From: a virus
Length of the DNA stretch: 64,000 nt
IMG/VR virus record: IMGVR_UViG_3300010970_000150
Span: 1-64,000 of that record
Reading direction: 5' to 3' (one strand)
Shown here: positions 38,046 through 48,127 of the stretch, one piece after another
How the letters are laid out: each line of letters opens with the position of its first letter
Numbering within the stretch: position 1 is the stretch's first letter
Notes under the pieces: model-generated
Database searches by the model: none
What the model was told of the DNA's origin: nothing
The model's input: the letters and a program-made list of their open reading frames with translations, nothing else
Translations under genes and position numbers: made by a program

Positions 38046-39323
38046 ATGGCTGAACCTATTGACCTTGACGAAATCTTTTCACCTTATGCCCTAGGACAAT
38101 CTAGGGAAAAAATGAAAGGAAGAGACAATTCCTCTGTAATTGATATTGTAAAAGATGCATTTAAAGAAGGCAGAGGGGGCTATTTGCTTGGAGGAGCAGG
38201 TGTGGCTACAGTAGGCGTTGGTGTCAAAAAGGCTTGGGATAAATCTCTTAAATCCAGTTTGGCGATGGTTCAGGATGCGGCTAAGGCTGAAGCCGAAGCA
38301 GTTGCAAAAGCCAAAGATGCTGGATTCAGAGTAAGACCTGTTACCTTGAATAAACCATTGGTTGGCACTATGTCTGGTGCTACTTCTCAAGGTGTTGGTC
38401 TTCCTGTTGCTGAAGCAGAACAACTTGCATTAGCAAAAGATATTACAAGAAGTAAATGGCTTCGTCCGTTTGGCCTTGGTCAATATGCTGATTCTGCACT
38501 GACTCCTAAACTTGAAATCAATCCTAGGGTGCTTAGAATTGCTGGACAGGGTGAACAAACTCTTGGCCTTACCCAAATGACAATGGCAGATGCTCCAAGG
38601 TCGTTTGTTGTTCCAGCCAGCAAGATTCCTGAAATTGTTGAAGGAACTACTAAAGAAAATGTCCCTGCTACATCGCCGTCTGTAGGTCGCACTATGGCGG
38701 CTGATATGCCTGCCCCTAGGTCTGGCCTTCCCTACAACAATTACCAAAGAGGTGCTAGAGCATTGTATAATATGCAGTATGGAAATGCTGGTATTCCTCT
38801 TAACTCTGCTTCAAATATTGGAAAGGCTTTGTTTAAAAGCGGTGCTGGATTACAGGCTATTATGGAAGGTACAACTGCCGCATATGATACTTGGCCTGAA
38901 TTTCTTGGAGGCAGTGGAAATAATGTTTACGGAAGAACTGTTGAAGAACTAAGAAGGGGTGTTAACCCTGAACTAGACCCATTTGCTTATAATGTAGTTG
39001 CTCCTTTTGGTGGAGGTCTTGCCACTACAAAGCGTTGGGGATATGGTGCGGCTAATGCGGCACTTGCTGGAGCACCAATGATGTACAACATCATTCAGGA
39101 AAACAGAGAAATGGATGCAAAAACTCAAGCAAGCCTTGAAAAAGCATTTGCTGAAAAGCCAGAACAATTTAATCCAGACGAACTTGAAAGACAAAGACTT
39201 AGAAGAATTGAACTGGGCGTTGCTACTTCTAGTGATGAATTTAGATTAAATACACCAGAAGCACATCAAGCATATAAAGCAAAAGTAAAAGAACTTGAAG
39301 AAAAGAAAAAGTCTAAGAAGTGA
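38046..39323 (+). CDS. Hypothetical protein (425 aa, Ala/Gly-rich)
   Basis: Long ORF coupled to TerL. Confidence 0.7.
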   Translation: MAEPIDLDEIFSPYALGQSREKMKGRDNSSVIDIVKDAFKEGRGGYLLGGAGVATVGVGVKKAWDKSLKSSLAMVQDAAKAEAEAVAKAKDAGFRVRPVTLNKPLVGTMSGATSQGVGLPVAEAEQLALAKDITRSKWLRPFGLGQYADSALTPKLEINPRVLRIAGQGEQTLGLTQMTMADAPRSFVVPASKIPEIVEGTTKENVPATSPSVGRTMAADMPAPRSGLPYNNYQRGARALYNMQYGNAGIPLNSASNIGKALFKSGAGLQAIMEGTTAAYDTWPEFLGGSGNNVYGRTVEELRRGVNPELDPFAYNVVAPFGGGLATTKRWGYGAANAALAGAPMMYNIIQENREMDAKTQASLEKAFAEKPEQFNPDELERQRLRRIELGVATSSDEFRLNTPEAHQAYKAKVKELEEKKKSKK

Positions 39324-40927
39324 TTGATTCTGAATTCAAGCCAACGCCTCATCCAGTCATCAAGATGCCAGACATCAAGATGTTGGTTGAGCGTTTTGGT
39401 ATTGAAAAAACAGCCCAAATTCTTGAACTAAGAGAAGACAAAATTCTTGCAGAGCAGGTAGACCCTTATCGTCACGGATTTGAGCCTGACCACTGGAAAG
39501 ACGCTGACAAAATTATCAAAGATAAACAGGAACTGCTTGTTCTTGGTGGAAATCGTGCTGGCAAGACTGAATGGATGGCTAAAAGAGTCATTCAAACGCT
39601 TATCAACAAGGAAAAGTCAATGGTTTGGTGTCTACATACGACTCAAAAATCCAGCATTCAGATGCAACAGAATGTTGTCTGGAAGTATATGCCTCCAGAA
39701 TTAAAAAATTGCAAAAAGACCAAGGTAACAAACATCGCATACAGCCAAAAAAACGGATTTTCTGAAGAATCTTTCATTCTTCCCAATGGTTCTCAGTGCG
39801 TGTTTATGAATTATGCTCAGAAACGAGATGTCATTGAAGGTGGCGAGTGTGATTTGGTATGGTGCGATGAACTTGTGCCTATGGATTGGGTCGAAACCCT
39901 CCGCTATCGACTGGTTACACGAAGAGGAAAACTGGTAATCACTTTTACGCCTGTTGCTGGGTACTCACAAGTCGTTAAGGAATTTGTGTCTGGTTCTAAA
40001 TTTACAAAAACGCTTCCTGCTACTGTCCTAGACCAGAATGTTGTTCATTGTAATGGTGCTCCAAGAGGGCATATGCCATATACTGCTGAAAGCCATCGTG
40101 GAAATGCTGGGGTTATGTGGTTTCACTCTCAACTTAACCCCTATAACCCATTTGATGAACTGATTAAGACTTTGCAAGGTAAAAACCTGTATGAGAAGAA
40201 AATCAGAGCCTATGGATGGGCAGATAATACTGTAGGCAACCAATTTCCAAGATTTGGAGAGCATAACATCATCAAAGATAGCGATGTACCCTCTGAAGGG
40301 ACTAACTATATGGTAACCGACCCTGCTGGAGCCAGAAACTGGTTTATGCTATGGATGCGGGTCGGAACTGATGGTAATTATTACATTTACAGGGAGTTCC
40401 CAGACATCAGTTATGGCGAATGGGCCTTGCCGTGTGAGAAACCAGATGGCAAGGAAGGTATGGCTCAGCGTAATGGTGCTGGTATGGGTATTGACGATTA
40501 CAAGCGTCTTATCCGTTCCCTAGAGGGGTCAGAGGAGATATTGGAAAGGTATATCGACCCTCGTGCAGGTGCAACACAGGCGGTTGGTCGTGACGGAGGA
40601 ACATCAGTCATTGAACTACTAGACTCAGGCGATGACCCAATGTATTTTGCACCTGCGGCTGGTGTGGCTATCGAACAAGGGGTTGCTATGATTAATGACC
40701 TCCTTGCATATGACATCTGTCAACCGATATCTCCGCTCAACCAGCCAAAACTTTTCGTAACAGACAGTTGCAAGAACCTTATATACTCACTCAAGGAGTG
40801 GACTAACGCAGACGGAGATAAAGGGGCTTCAAAAGACCCTGTTGACTGTTTGCGGTATTTAGTTGTTATGTCTCCTATTCATATTGACCATTCTAAGAAT
40901 CCAGTGAATCAACCCTTTTCATACTAA
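39320..40927 (+). CDS. terL: Terminase large subunit
   Basis: Walker A GGNRAGKT, Walker B VWCDE, ITFTP coupling motif, nuclease DPAG..DP.D.LRY. Confidence 0.93.
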   Translation: MIDSEFKPTPHPVIKMPDIKMLVERFGIEKTAQILELREDKILAEQVDPYRHGFEPDHWKDADKIIKDKQELLVLGGNRAGKTEWMAKRVIQTLINKEKSMVWCLHTTQKSSIQMQQNVVWKYMPPELKNCKKTKVTNIAYSQKNGFSEESFILPNGSQCVFMNYAQKRDVIEGGECDLVWCDELVPMDWVETLRYRLVTRRGKLVITFTPVAGYSQVVKEFVSGSKFTKTLPATVLDQNVVHCNGAPRGHMPYTAESHRGNAGVMWFHSQLNPYNPFDELIKTLQGKNLYEKKIRAYGWADNTVGNQFPRFGEHNIIKDSDVPSEGTNYMVTDPAGARNWFMLWMRVGTDGNYYIYREFPDISYGEWALPCEKPDGKEGMAQRNGAGMGIDDYKRLIRSLEGSEEILERYIDPRAGATQAVGRDGGTSVIELLDSGDDPMYFAPAAGVAIEQGVAMINDLLAYDICQPISPLNQPKLFVTDSCKNLIYSLKEWTNADGDKGASKDPVDCLRYLVVMSPIHIDHSKNPVNQPFSY

Positions 40928-43146
40928 TGCAATCTACTAATTATAACGATGAAACAGCAGACCAACTGCTTTATGCGTCCAAAGAGCCAAATATTCAGGC
41001 TCTTCACGCTGAGTTGGCTCGTTCTTACCTTTTTGGTGCTAATGTCACAGAACTCAATCTGAATGATGACCTTAGATTTTGCAGATGGAATGGTCAGACT
41101 TCTGACGGCAAAAAATTTAGCAAAAACCGAGACGAAGATGACCCCGCTTTGCCTTGGGAAGGCTCTTCTGATGTAAGAGTCAGACTTATTGATAGAGTCA
41201 TTAACGAACAGGTTTCCCTGTGGATGAACTCTCTTAAGAATGCAAAACTTGGCGTTACAGGAAGAACTTCTGAAGACGCTCAGTCTGCTGGTGCTATGTC
41301 AACGCTTCTTGAGTATGTTGGTGCTGGAAGAAATAAGCAGGAAATGAGAAGAGAAGCCGAACTGCTTGCTCAGTACACAAATCAGTATGGTTGGTCTGTT
41401 ATGCATATTGGGTGGGAACAGGAAATTGGTATGCGTGAGCAAAAGTTTACCATCACGGATTTGGTCAATATGGCCCAACAAGCCGCAGTTAATAATCCGC
41501 AGTCTCCGTTGGCTTCTCTTCCGTCTATGGTGATGAACAAGGAGCAGGAAGAACTTGCCGTTGCTGTTGCTCAGTCAGCCCTGCCTACTTACGAAGAAAA
41601 GGAAATTAGACGGATGGTTAAAGAACTTAGGGAAGAAGGTTTTACCAGCATTTTTGAGGAAGCGATTATGAAGAACCTTCCTATTGTTACGGCCCTTAAG
41701 CCGTATGATGAGATTACATTCCCTCCTGAAACAATTGACCTTCAGAAAGCCAGAATTATTTTCAGAAGAGTCTATATGACCGAAGTAGAGGTTCGTGCAA
41801 TGATTAACACGGACGGATGGAGTGAAGAAGGAATTGAAGAGGCTGTTAAGACAAAGGGACAGTTCTTCTGGTATCGTGACCCTAACATTGTTCCTATTAA
41901 TAGACTTAATCAGGATTATCGTCTTAGAACAAACAACCTTATTGAAGTCTGTTACGCATACTACAAGCAGTTGAATGAGAACGGAAATCCCTGTGTTTAT
42001 TACACAATTTTTTCTCCTAACGCTGGAACAGAAGTTTGCCTTAAGCACGACAAACTTGGTTATGCTCACGGAAAGTATCCTTTTGTAGTTCTTCGCAGAG
42101 AACACATCAGAAAAGCAGTTTATGAAAGCAGAGGAATCACTGACATTCTCCAAACCGACCAGTCTGAACTTAAGGCTCAGCAGGACTCCCTTAGAGATAG
42201 AACCGCTATCGAAACAGTCCCTCCTATTATGGTTAAGCGTAGGGGTGTTGGTGGTATCGGCAGAATTGGCCCAGCGATGCAAATCCCTGTCACTGGCCCT
42301 GATGACTTTAAGTTTATGGAGCCACCCAAGGGTACTCCTACTATTGCGGAGTTTGTAATTGCTAATGTTGAAAAGAGCACGGCTACATACTTTGGGCTTA
42401 ACCACCTAGAGACACCGCCTCCTTTGGCTCAGATGCTTCAGCAATCTTCCGTTGATAACTGGCTTACTGCTTGGTCTGAAATCTATACCCAGATGCTTCA
42501 ACTTTGCCTCCAGTATATGGATAGTGAAGAATTGGCTCGTATTGCTGGCGTAGATATCCCAAAAGGCATTGATGATATTGCCAAACAATACGACTTCGAA
42601 GTACGCTTTGACATCAGAAATCTCTATAGCGACCTTGTTATGGAGAAACTTCAGGCGATTAGTCAGTTCGTTATTCCGCTTGATTCTGCTGGTGTTATTG
42701 ACCGCTCCAAGTTGGTTCAAAAGGCAGTTGAAGCAATTAGTCCTGATGCCGCTAAAGAACTTGTTATCAATCAGCAGTCTGCTTCTCAAAAGATGTATCG
42801 TGATGTTCAGACGGATATTGGAATGATGATGCTTGGTAATGAAGCCAACTATGTGGAAAATGACCCCACGGCTCAGACCAAGATGCAGTACCTTCAGGAC
42901 ATTATGCAGAAGAATCCTAAGGCTCAACAGGCGGCTCAGTCTGACCAAATCTTCCAGATGCTTATCCAGAACTACCAGAAGAATCTTCAGATGTCTGTGA
43001 TGCAACAGCAGAACAAGCAGATTGGAAGAATTGGCGTGTCTCCTATGGCTGACAAGATGCAGGAAATGGTTCAGCAGTCTCAGGTTAACCTTAATAACGC
43101 CAAAACCCAGCAGATTAACCAAGGTCAGCAGGGAGGCGGTTACTAA
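40927..43146 (+). CDS. Portal protein
   Basis: 739 aa after TerL; YPFV..RE....SRGI motif; Q-rich barrel-like C-terminus as in P22-type portals. Confidence 0.88.
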   Translation: MQSTNYNDETADQLLYASKEPNIQALHAELARSYLFGANVTELNLNDDLRFCRWNGQTSDGKKFSKNRDEDDPALPWEGSSDVRVRLIDRVINEQVSLWMNSLKNAKLGVTGRTSEDAQSAGAMSTLLEYVGAGRNKQEMRREAELLAQYTNQYGWSVMHIGWEQEIGMREQKFTITDLVNMAQQAAVNNPQSPLASLPSMVMNKEQEELAVAVAQSALPTYEEKEIRRMVKELREEGFTSIFEEAIMKNLPIVTALKPYDEITFPPETIDLQKARIIFRRVYMTEVEVRAMINTDGWSEEGIEEAVKTKGQFFWYRDPNIVPINRLNQDYRLRTNNLIEVCYAYYKQLNENGNPCVYYTIFSPNAGTEVCLKHDKLGYAHGKYPFVVLRREHIRKAVYESRGITDILQTDQSELKAQQDSLRDRTAIETVPPIMVKRRGVGGIGRIGPAMQIPVTGPDDFKFMEPPKGTPTIAEFVIANVEKSTATYFGLNHLETPPPLAQMLQQSSVDNWLTAWSEIYTQMLQLCLQYMDSEELARIAGVDIPKGIDDIAKQYDFEVRFDIRNLYSDLVMEKLQAISQFVIPLDSAGVIDRSKLVQKAVEAISPDAAKELVINQQSASQKMYRDVQTDIGMMMLGNEANYVENDPTAQTKMQYLQDIMQKNPKAQQAAQSDQIFQMLIQNYQKNLQMSVMQQQNKQIGRIGVSPMADKMQEMVQQSQVNLNNAKTQQINQGQQGGGY

Positions 43147-43391
43147 TGAAAGATTCTGAATACAGGGTTTCTGTTTTTGGTTTTACGCAACCAAATGAAC
43201 TCTGGGAGCATATTTTGTATATTATTGACATAAACGCAGAAGCAGAATCATCGGTTGCTACTGGGGTTGATGTTTCTGGTGAACAGCGTATCCACGCTTG
43301 CGGAAGAGCACAGGCTTGGAAAGACATCAAAACCCTTCTTCTTGAAGAGCGTAAAAAAGGGCTTGATGCTAACGGAATAAATAATTCGTAA
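43146..43391 (+). CDS. Small conserved protein between portal and scaffold
   Basis: 81 aa, R.HACGRA; TAATG overlap. Confidence 0.65.
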   Translation: MKDSEYRVSVFGFTQPNELWEHILYIIDINAEAESSVATGVDVSGEQRIHACGRAQAWKDIKTLLLEERKKGLDANGINNS

Positions 43392-43395
43392 ATTT

Positions 43396-43425
43396 ATTTG
43401 ACAGTTGTAAAAAGAGTGTCAAATT
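43396..43425. promoter_or_regulatory. Inverted repeat with back-to-back TTGACA upstream of scaffold/capsid
   Basis: ATTTGACA-GTTGTAAAAAGAG-TGTCAAAT. Confidence 0.45.
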
Positions 43426-43492
43426 AACCCCAACAGTTTCTGGGAGTCTGCAAAAACCCTGCCCTAAAAATAGGCACTTTAGACCTTATCTA

Positions 43493-44479
43493 ATGACCAC
43501 AGAAAATAATAATCAGGGAGAAATGAACGAATCCCAGTCGCAAGACACAAACAGTTCAAACGAGCAGAATGGTGCTCGCACTGCCCACGACCTTAACAGT
43601 CGCTTGGCAGAACTACTTGGAGACGACCCACTTATCGCCCAAGCGGAAGCAGACGAAGCCGATAGTAATCAGTCTGAAGACCAAGAATCAGAAGGTGAGC
43701 CAGAAACGGACACCAATACTGAGGATGGCGAAGAGGTTCATTCACAGTCCGAGGATAATGAAGATGAAAATGTCTCTCGTGGAGTACAGAAGAGAATTGA
43801 TAAACTGACTGCTAAGCGTAAGGATGCGGAAACGCAACTGGAAGCCCTGCGGAAAGAAGTCGATGACCTGAAGGCTCAACAGAGTGCTCCTAGTAAGAGT
43901 ACAATTCTTCCTGATGTTCCTCATTCCAATCTGGATTCCGTTGCAGAAATCGAGGCAGAGATTGCCCAAGCACGAAATGTTAGAAATTGGGCTGAGGCTA
44001 ACGCAGAAGGATTTACACAGACTAACGAGGACGGCACTGAAACATATTATGACCCTGCCCAAATCAGGCAGATTAAGGTTAATGCGATGAAGGCTCTTGA
44101 AGAGTCCCTTCCTCAGCGATACCAGTATATTCAGGCCAGAGACAGTATCGACCCTGTTGCTAATAAGGAGTACCCTTGGTGGAAGGATAAGTCCAGTGCT
44201 GAACGGCAGATTGCCGAGAAGTTCCTGAACGCATTCCCGCAAATCAAGAAGTTTCCTGATTACAAGATGGTGATTGGCGACTATATTCGTGGTGTCAAAG
44301 CACGGGAAAACAACCTTAAGTCTAATAAGGCAATTCCGAAGGCTCCTACATTCCCTCGTTCAAGCGGTTCAGTGCCAACTATGAATAAACAGGACATTCA
44401 GAAAGGCAATGCAATGGCTCGTTTCCAGAAGACTGGAAAAGTTGATGACCTTAATTCAGTGATAGAAGATTACCTGTAA
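43493..44479 (+). CDS. Capsid scaffolding protein
   Basis: Acidic disordered N-terminus, GVQKRIDKLTAKRK coiled coil, directly upstream of capsid. Confidence 0.85.
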   Translation: MTTENNNQGEMNESQSQDTNSSNEQNGARTAHDLNSRLAELLGDDPLIAQAEADEADSNQSEDQESEGEPETDTNTEDGEEVHSQSEDNEDENVSRGVQKRIDKLTAKRKDAETQLEALRKEVDDLKAQQSAPSKSTILPDVPHSNLDSVAEIEAEIAQARNVRNWAEANAEGFTQTNEDGTETYYDPAQIRQIKVNAMKALEESLPQRYQYIQARDSIDPVANKEYPWWKDKSSAERQIAEKFLNAFPQIKKFPDYKMVIGDYIRGVKARENNLKSNKAIPKAPTFPRSSGSVPTMNKQDIQKGNAMARFQKTGKVDDLNSVIEDYL

Positions 44480-44499
44480 ACCCTAATTATTATACTACT

Positions 44500-45528
44500 A
44501 TGGCTTCTCTAACAGAAAGAAATATTGTGAGCGGTAAGCGTGAGGCTCTTGCGGACATCATCTCGATGATTGACGCTAAGTCCACACCCTTCACCTCTAT
44601 GGCCCCGAAGGTTGCTAAACCTGGCAACACTCTCTTCCGCTGGCAGGTTGACTCCCTCCCGACTGTGACCGCTGAACAGGCTGGCATTGTCGATGGTACG
44701 GATGTCTCCCCGACTGCTGATACTAAGAACTATGTCAAGGATGGCTCCAGCCAGTACCGCTATGAACTGTCCAATCATATCCAGATTTTCCGTGAAGCCG
44801 TCCGTGTGTCCCCGCTGACACTCGACATCGCTGTCGTGGCTGGTGTGAAGTCTGAACTTGCTAACAATGTGTCTAAGGGCATCGAAGTTACCAAGCGTAA
44901 GATTGAAAAGACCCTCTGCTCTGCTAACCTTCCGTTTGCCGATAACGGCTCGACTCAGGGTTACGCTACTCGTGGTCTGGACTCGTGGGTCAAGAATGAC
45001 TTCACTGGCGACACTTACCTTACTGTCCCCTCGTCCTTCCGTACTCCTACTACCTCTATCTCGACTGTTGGCACTGCTAACCTTGATGAGACGGCTGTTC
45101 AGGACATCCTTGCCTCCGTCTTTAACCAGACTGGTCGTATGCAGGAATTCGATGGTATCGTTGGCTACAAGTTGAAGCAAGCGTTCACCAACCTGACCTA
45201 CACGACTAAGCAGGGTACAGGCACTGCCCCGATGCAGGCTATCCGCACCCTCAATCGTGAGCAGGGTCAGAACTCCTACATCTCTGGTATCGATGTCTTC
45301 GAAGGTGACTTCGGCTCGATTCGCCTCCACACCTCGCTCTTCCTCAAGAACAACTTCTGCGGTTACCTGCTGAATATGGACTTGGTTGGCGTTGGCTACG
45401 GCGGCAATATCGCTCAGGTCAAGGAACTGACTGACAATGGTGGTGGCCCTGCTCGTCTTATCGAAGCCGTGGCTACTTGCATCGTCAAGAATCCGCTTGG
45501 CCTCGCTAAGTTCGACTTCTCTGCCTAA
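44500..45528 (+). CDS. Major capsid protein, copy B
   Basis: 342 aa; paralog of 74..1105. Confidence 0.87.
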   Translation: MASLTERNIVSGKREALADIISMIDAKSTPFTSMAPKVAKPGNTLFRWQVDSLPTVTAEQAGIVDGTDVSPTADTKNYVKDGSSQYRYELSNHIQIFREAVRVSPLTLDIAVVAGVKSELANNVSKGIEVTKRKIEKTLCSANLPFADNGSTQGYATRGLDSWVKNDFTGDTYLTVPSSFRTPTTSISTVGTANLDETAVQDILASVFNQTGRMQEFDGIVGYKLKQAFTNLTYTTKQGTGTAPMQAIRTLNREQGQNSYISGIDVFEGDFGSIRLHTSLFLKNNFCGYLLNMDLVGVGYGGNIAQVKELTDNGGGPARLIEAVATCIVKNPLGLAKFDFSA

Positions 45529-45533
45529 GGTTG

Positions 45534-45899
45534 ATGGCTGACGACATCGTCCAGTCGTTGGTTGAAGTCATCCCTCCTCATCTTCAAAAAGAGATGGAGA
45601 GGGAACTCATCAACGGCTGGAGGATGCGTGAGTCAGTTGCTAAGGCTGAATCGATTCAACACGGACACTTCGATAGGTTTAATGAAGCCAGAGAAGTGGC
45701 TGGTCTTGGTAGGAAAGTAGCCCAAATCCCCGCTGATGCGTACCACTATTGGGGCCAGCGTCTGGGCTATGAATGCTGGAAAGATAAGCAATTTATGAAG
45801 GAATTTCTTCGTGACAACGAGCAGTGTGCTGTTCGTAATTATGTCAAGAAGACAGTCGTTCAAGGCACTGTATTCGGTGCAGATGGCTTCGCAGTATGA
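45534..45899 (+). CDS. Conserved hypothetical virion-associated protein, copy B
   Basis: Paralog of 1115..1480. Confidence 0.7.
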   Translation: MADDIVQSLVEVIPPHLQKEMERELINGWRMRESVAKAESIQHGHFDRFNEAREVAGLGRKVAQIPADAYHYWGQRLGYECWKDKQFMKEFLRDNEQCAVRNYVKKTVVQGTVFGADGFAV

Positions 45900-46666
45900 G
45901 ACTTACCAATTTTTCACAAATCCTTTTCGATGCCCTGCAATTCAGTGGCAACGATAGGTACAACATTAGCAAGGAGACTTTTGGTCAATTCCGAGACTTC
46001 TGCAATTCCCGCCTAAGAGAGGCTTGGGAAGGGCAAGAGTGGTCTGACCTTTGTCGTGTCGAGCAGTTCACAACTGTCTATGATTCTGCTGGTGTTGGTT
46101 ACTTTATTCCAGCCACTGACTGTGGCGAGGTTCTTGGTGTATTTAACCTAAACCCCCTGCTTTCGAGCAGGGCTGTTGGTATGACATATCAGTTGTACGA
46201 TACTGGCACAGAACAGCGTATTGTGCTTGAAAAGACTACTATCCTTGAAGGTTGGTATTATTACAGAACTAAAGTTCCTGTTTTGACTGGAGAACTTTAC
46301 GATTCTAGCATTCCGTACTACCTTGATTCTCAGATGTATTTTGATTCTGGTTCTGCTACTGGCACATATATGCCTGTAGACGGAAAGCCTCATACTGCTA
46401 ATTTTTATACTTGTATTGATAATACATCTTCTGGTCAGACTCCGTTGACAAATCCAGAAAAATGGAAACTTGAAAAGATTCCTTATATTTTTGCTCAATT
46501 TATGGCTTGGGGTGCTTGTGCTAATTGGCTTGTGTCTGAATCTTTATTCCAAGAGGCTCTTGCTATTGATGCTAAGGCTAGACAGGTTCTTGACGAAGAA
46601 ATCGACAAGATTGTCAGACAGCAAAACCAGACACCTAAACTTAAATTTACAAACCCATACAGATAA
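45896..46666 (+). CDS. Head-tail adaptor / tail tubular protein A-like, copy B
   Basis: Paralog of 1477..2244. Confidence 0.6.
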   Translation: MRLTNFSQILFDALQFSGNDRYNISKETFGQFRDFCNSRLREAWEGQEWSDLCRVEQFTTVYDSAGVGYFIPATDCGEVLGVFNLNPLLSSRAVGMTYQLYDTGTEQRIVLEKTTILEGWYYYRTKVPVLTGELYDSSIPYYLDSQMYFDSGSATGTYMPVDGKPHTANFYTCIDNTSSGQTPLTNPEKWKLEKIPYIFAQFMAWGACANWLVSESLFQEALAIDAKARQVLDEEIDKIVRQQNQTPKLKFTNPYR

Positions 46667-46971
46667 TGTCCGCTTCTAATATCCAAATCTCTTCTCCGTT
46701 TCTTAGGAAATTTACTCACGCTACTTTTAGCGTTGATACTACTGCTTCTACTGTGCTTGATGCGGCTATTACACCCATTCGTAGAATTTCTGTAATTGTT
46801 CAGAATCAACACGCATCTGCTATCATTAAAGTTCGTTTTTCTGAGTCTGGCACTGAGGGTTTTCTTGTTAAGCCGTTTGAAAGCATTTCGCTAGATAACT
46901 ACAACGGACATATTAGAATTAGTTCTGACACTGCCGCTACTCCTGTTCATATCGCCTACGCTACGGCTTAA
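46666..46971 (+). CDS. Small beta-rich structural protein, copy B
   Basis: Paralog of 2249..2548. Confidence 0.65.
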   Translation: MSASNIQISSPFLRKFTHATFSVDTTASTVLDAAITPIRRISVIVQNQHASAIIKVRFSESGTEGFLVKPFESISLDNYNGHIRISSDTAATPVHIAYATA

Positions 46972-47825
46972 TGGGAGTTAATTTAAATTGGATTGGTAAA
47001 ACCATTGCCTCTGGGCCTAGCCACAGTGGGTTTGGTTATATTGTATCTAATCCTAGTGGTATTTCGTACCCTGCTTACGGAACTGAAATCTCTAGGACTT
47101 ATTACACGCCCTATTCTGTTGGGTCTGTAATGGTTGTCGTGAATGGGGTAAATTACTACAGCCAGTTTGCTGATTTTGTTACATATGCTGATGGTGCTGG
47201 AGGCACATTTACGGCTTGGGAAAACATCAACACTTACGGATATAGTGGTGTTCCGTTTGCGACATATAATTACACTCCTCCGTATCCGCAGACATCATAT
47301 TACGACTTTGGTGGATATATTGGAGGTCAATATACTCAATATTACACTTCTACAGGATATCTTTACGATGGTTCTGGAAGTTATACTACAGAGAATGCTG
47401 GAGTTAGTTATTACTCTTACGGAACATATATTGCACAAAGTTCTACCGCAGAAACGATGTATTATAACGGAACTTCTGGCCCAGTTCCGACAGGCAGAAA
47501 CGAATTAGTTGATTACAAGTGGGATGGTAGCGGTGGTTACTTCACGGCGTTTGCTGGCTACTCTGGAAGTTATTACTCCTACGGCACAGTTGTTGAATAC
47601 GGCTATACGAATATGTATAATTCCCAATATATTAATGGGAGTTATTATGACGATGGAACTTATACCAATACTGATGCTTGGATTCATAACGGAAGCGGCA
47701 GTATCATCCAAGGAAGCGTTTCTGGGCTAGGTTCTTATTATGCTTACGGAACATACATCACATCTGATGGTATGTATAATTACTATTGGAATGGCTCTGG
47801 TGGATATTATACTGAAAATATCTGA
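46971..47825 (+). CDS. Tyr/Gly-rich repeat protein, copy B
   Basis: Paralog of 2548..3402; C-terminal part identical. Confidence 0.7.
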   Translation: MGVNLNWIGKTIASGPSHSGFGYIVSNPSGISYPAYGTEISRTYYTPYSVGSVMVVVNGVNYYSQFADFVTYADGAGGTFTAWENINTYGYSGVPFATYNYTPPYPQTSYYDFGGYIGGQYTQYYTSTGYLYDGSGSYTTENAGVSYYSYGTYIAQSSTAETMYYNGTSGPVPTGRNELVDYKWDGSGGYFTAFAGYSGSYYSYGTVVEYGYTNMYNSQYINGSYYDDGTYTNTDAWIHNGSGSIIQGSVSGLGSYYAYGTYITSDGMYNYYWNGSGGYYTENI

Positions 47826-47840
47826 CAACTCATAAACTTT

Positions 47841-48023
47841 ATGGCTTCTGAAACTATCATTCAAAAAGGCTGGACTGCTTTCGTCAAAGACGATAAGTGC
47901 TTTGGCTATCAAGAGTTCACAAGAGAGGGCAAGTACTATGGCGTTCTTACGCTTATCAATAAGCCCACCGAGTCTCAACTGAAGGCTGAACTCAAGCGTC
48001 TCAAAATTTCTCTACCTAAATGA
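47841..48023 (+). CDS. Hypothetical protein (60 aa)
   Basis: Identical to 3418..3600. Confidence 0.65.
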   Translation: MASETIIQKGWTAFVKDDKCFGYQEFTREGKYYGVLTLINKPTESQLKAELKRLKISLPK

Positions 48024-48127
48024 TTACCCTTATCCTTTCTACAATCACCTTTCTTGGTGGCGTTTATGTTGGTGCTCGCTGGGCTGACAAACTCAAGGAT
48101 ATCTACTATTCCATCGTATCTAGATAA
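48020..48127 (+). CDS. Small membrane protein (35 aa)
   Basis: Identical to 3597..3704. Confidence 0.6.
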   Translation: MITLILSTITFLGGVYVGARWADKLKDIYYSIVSR

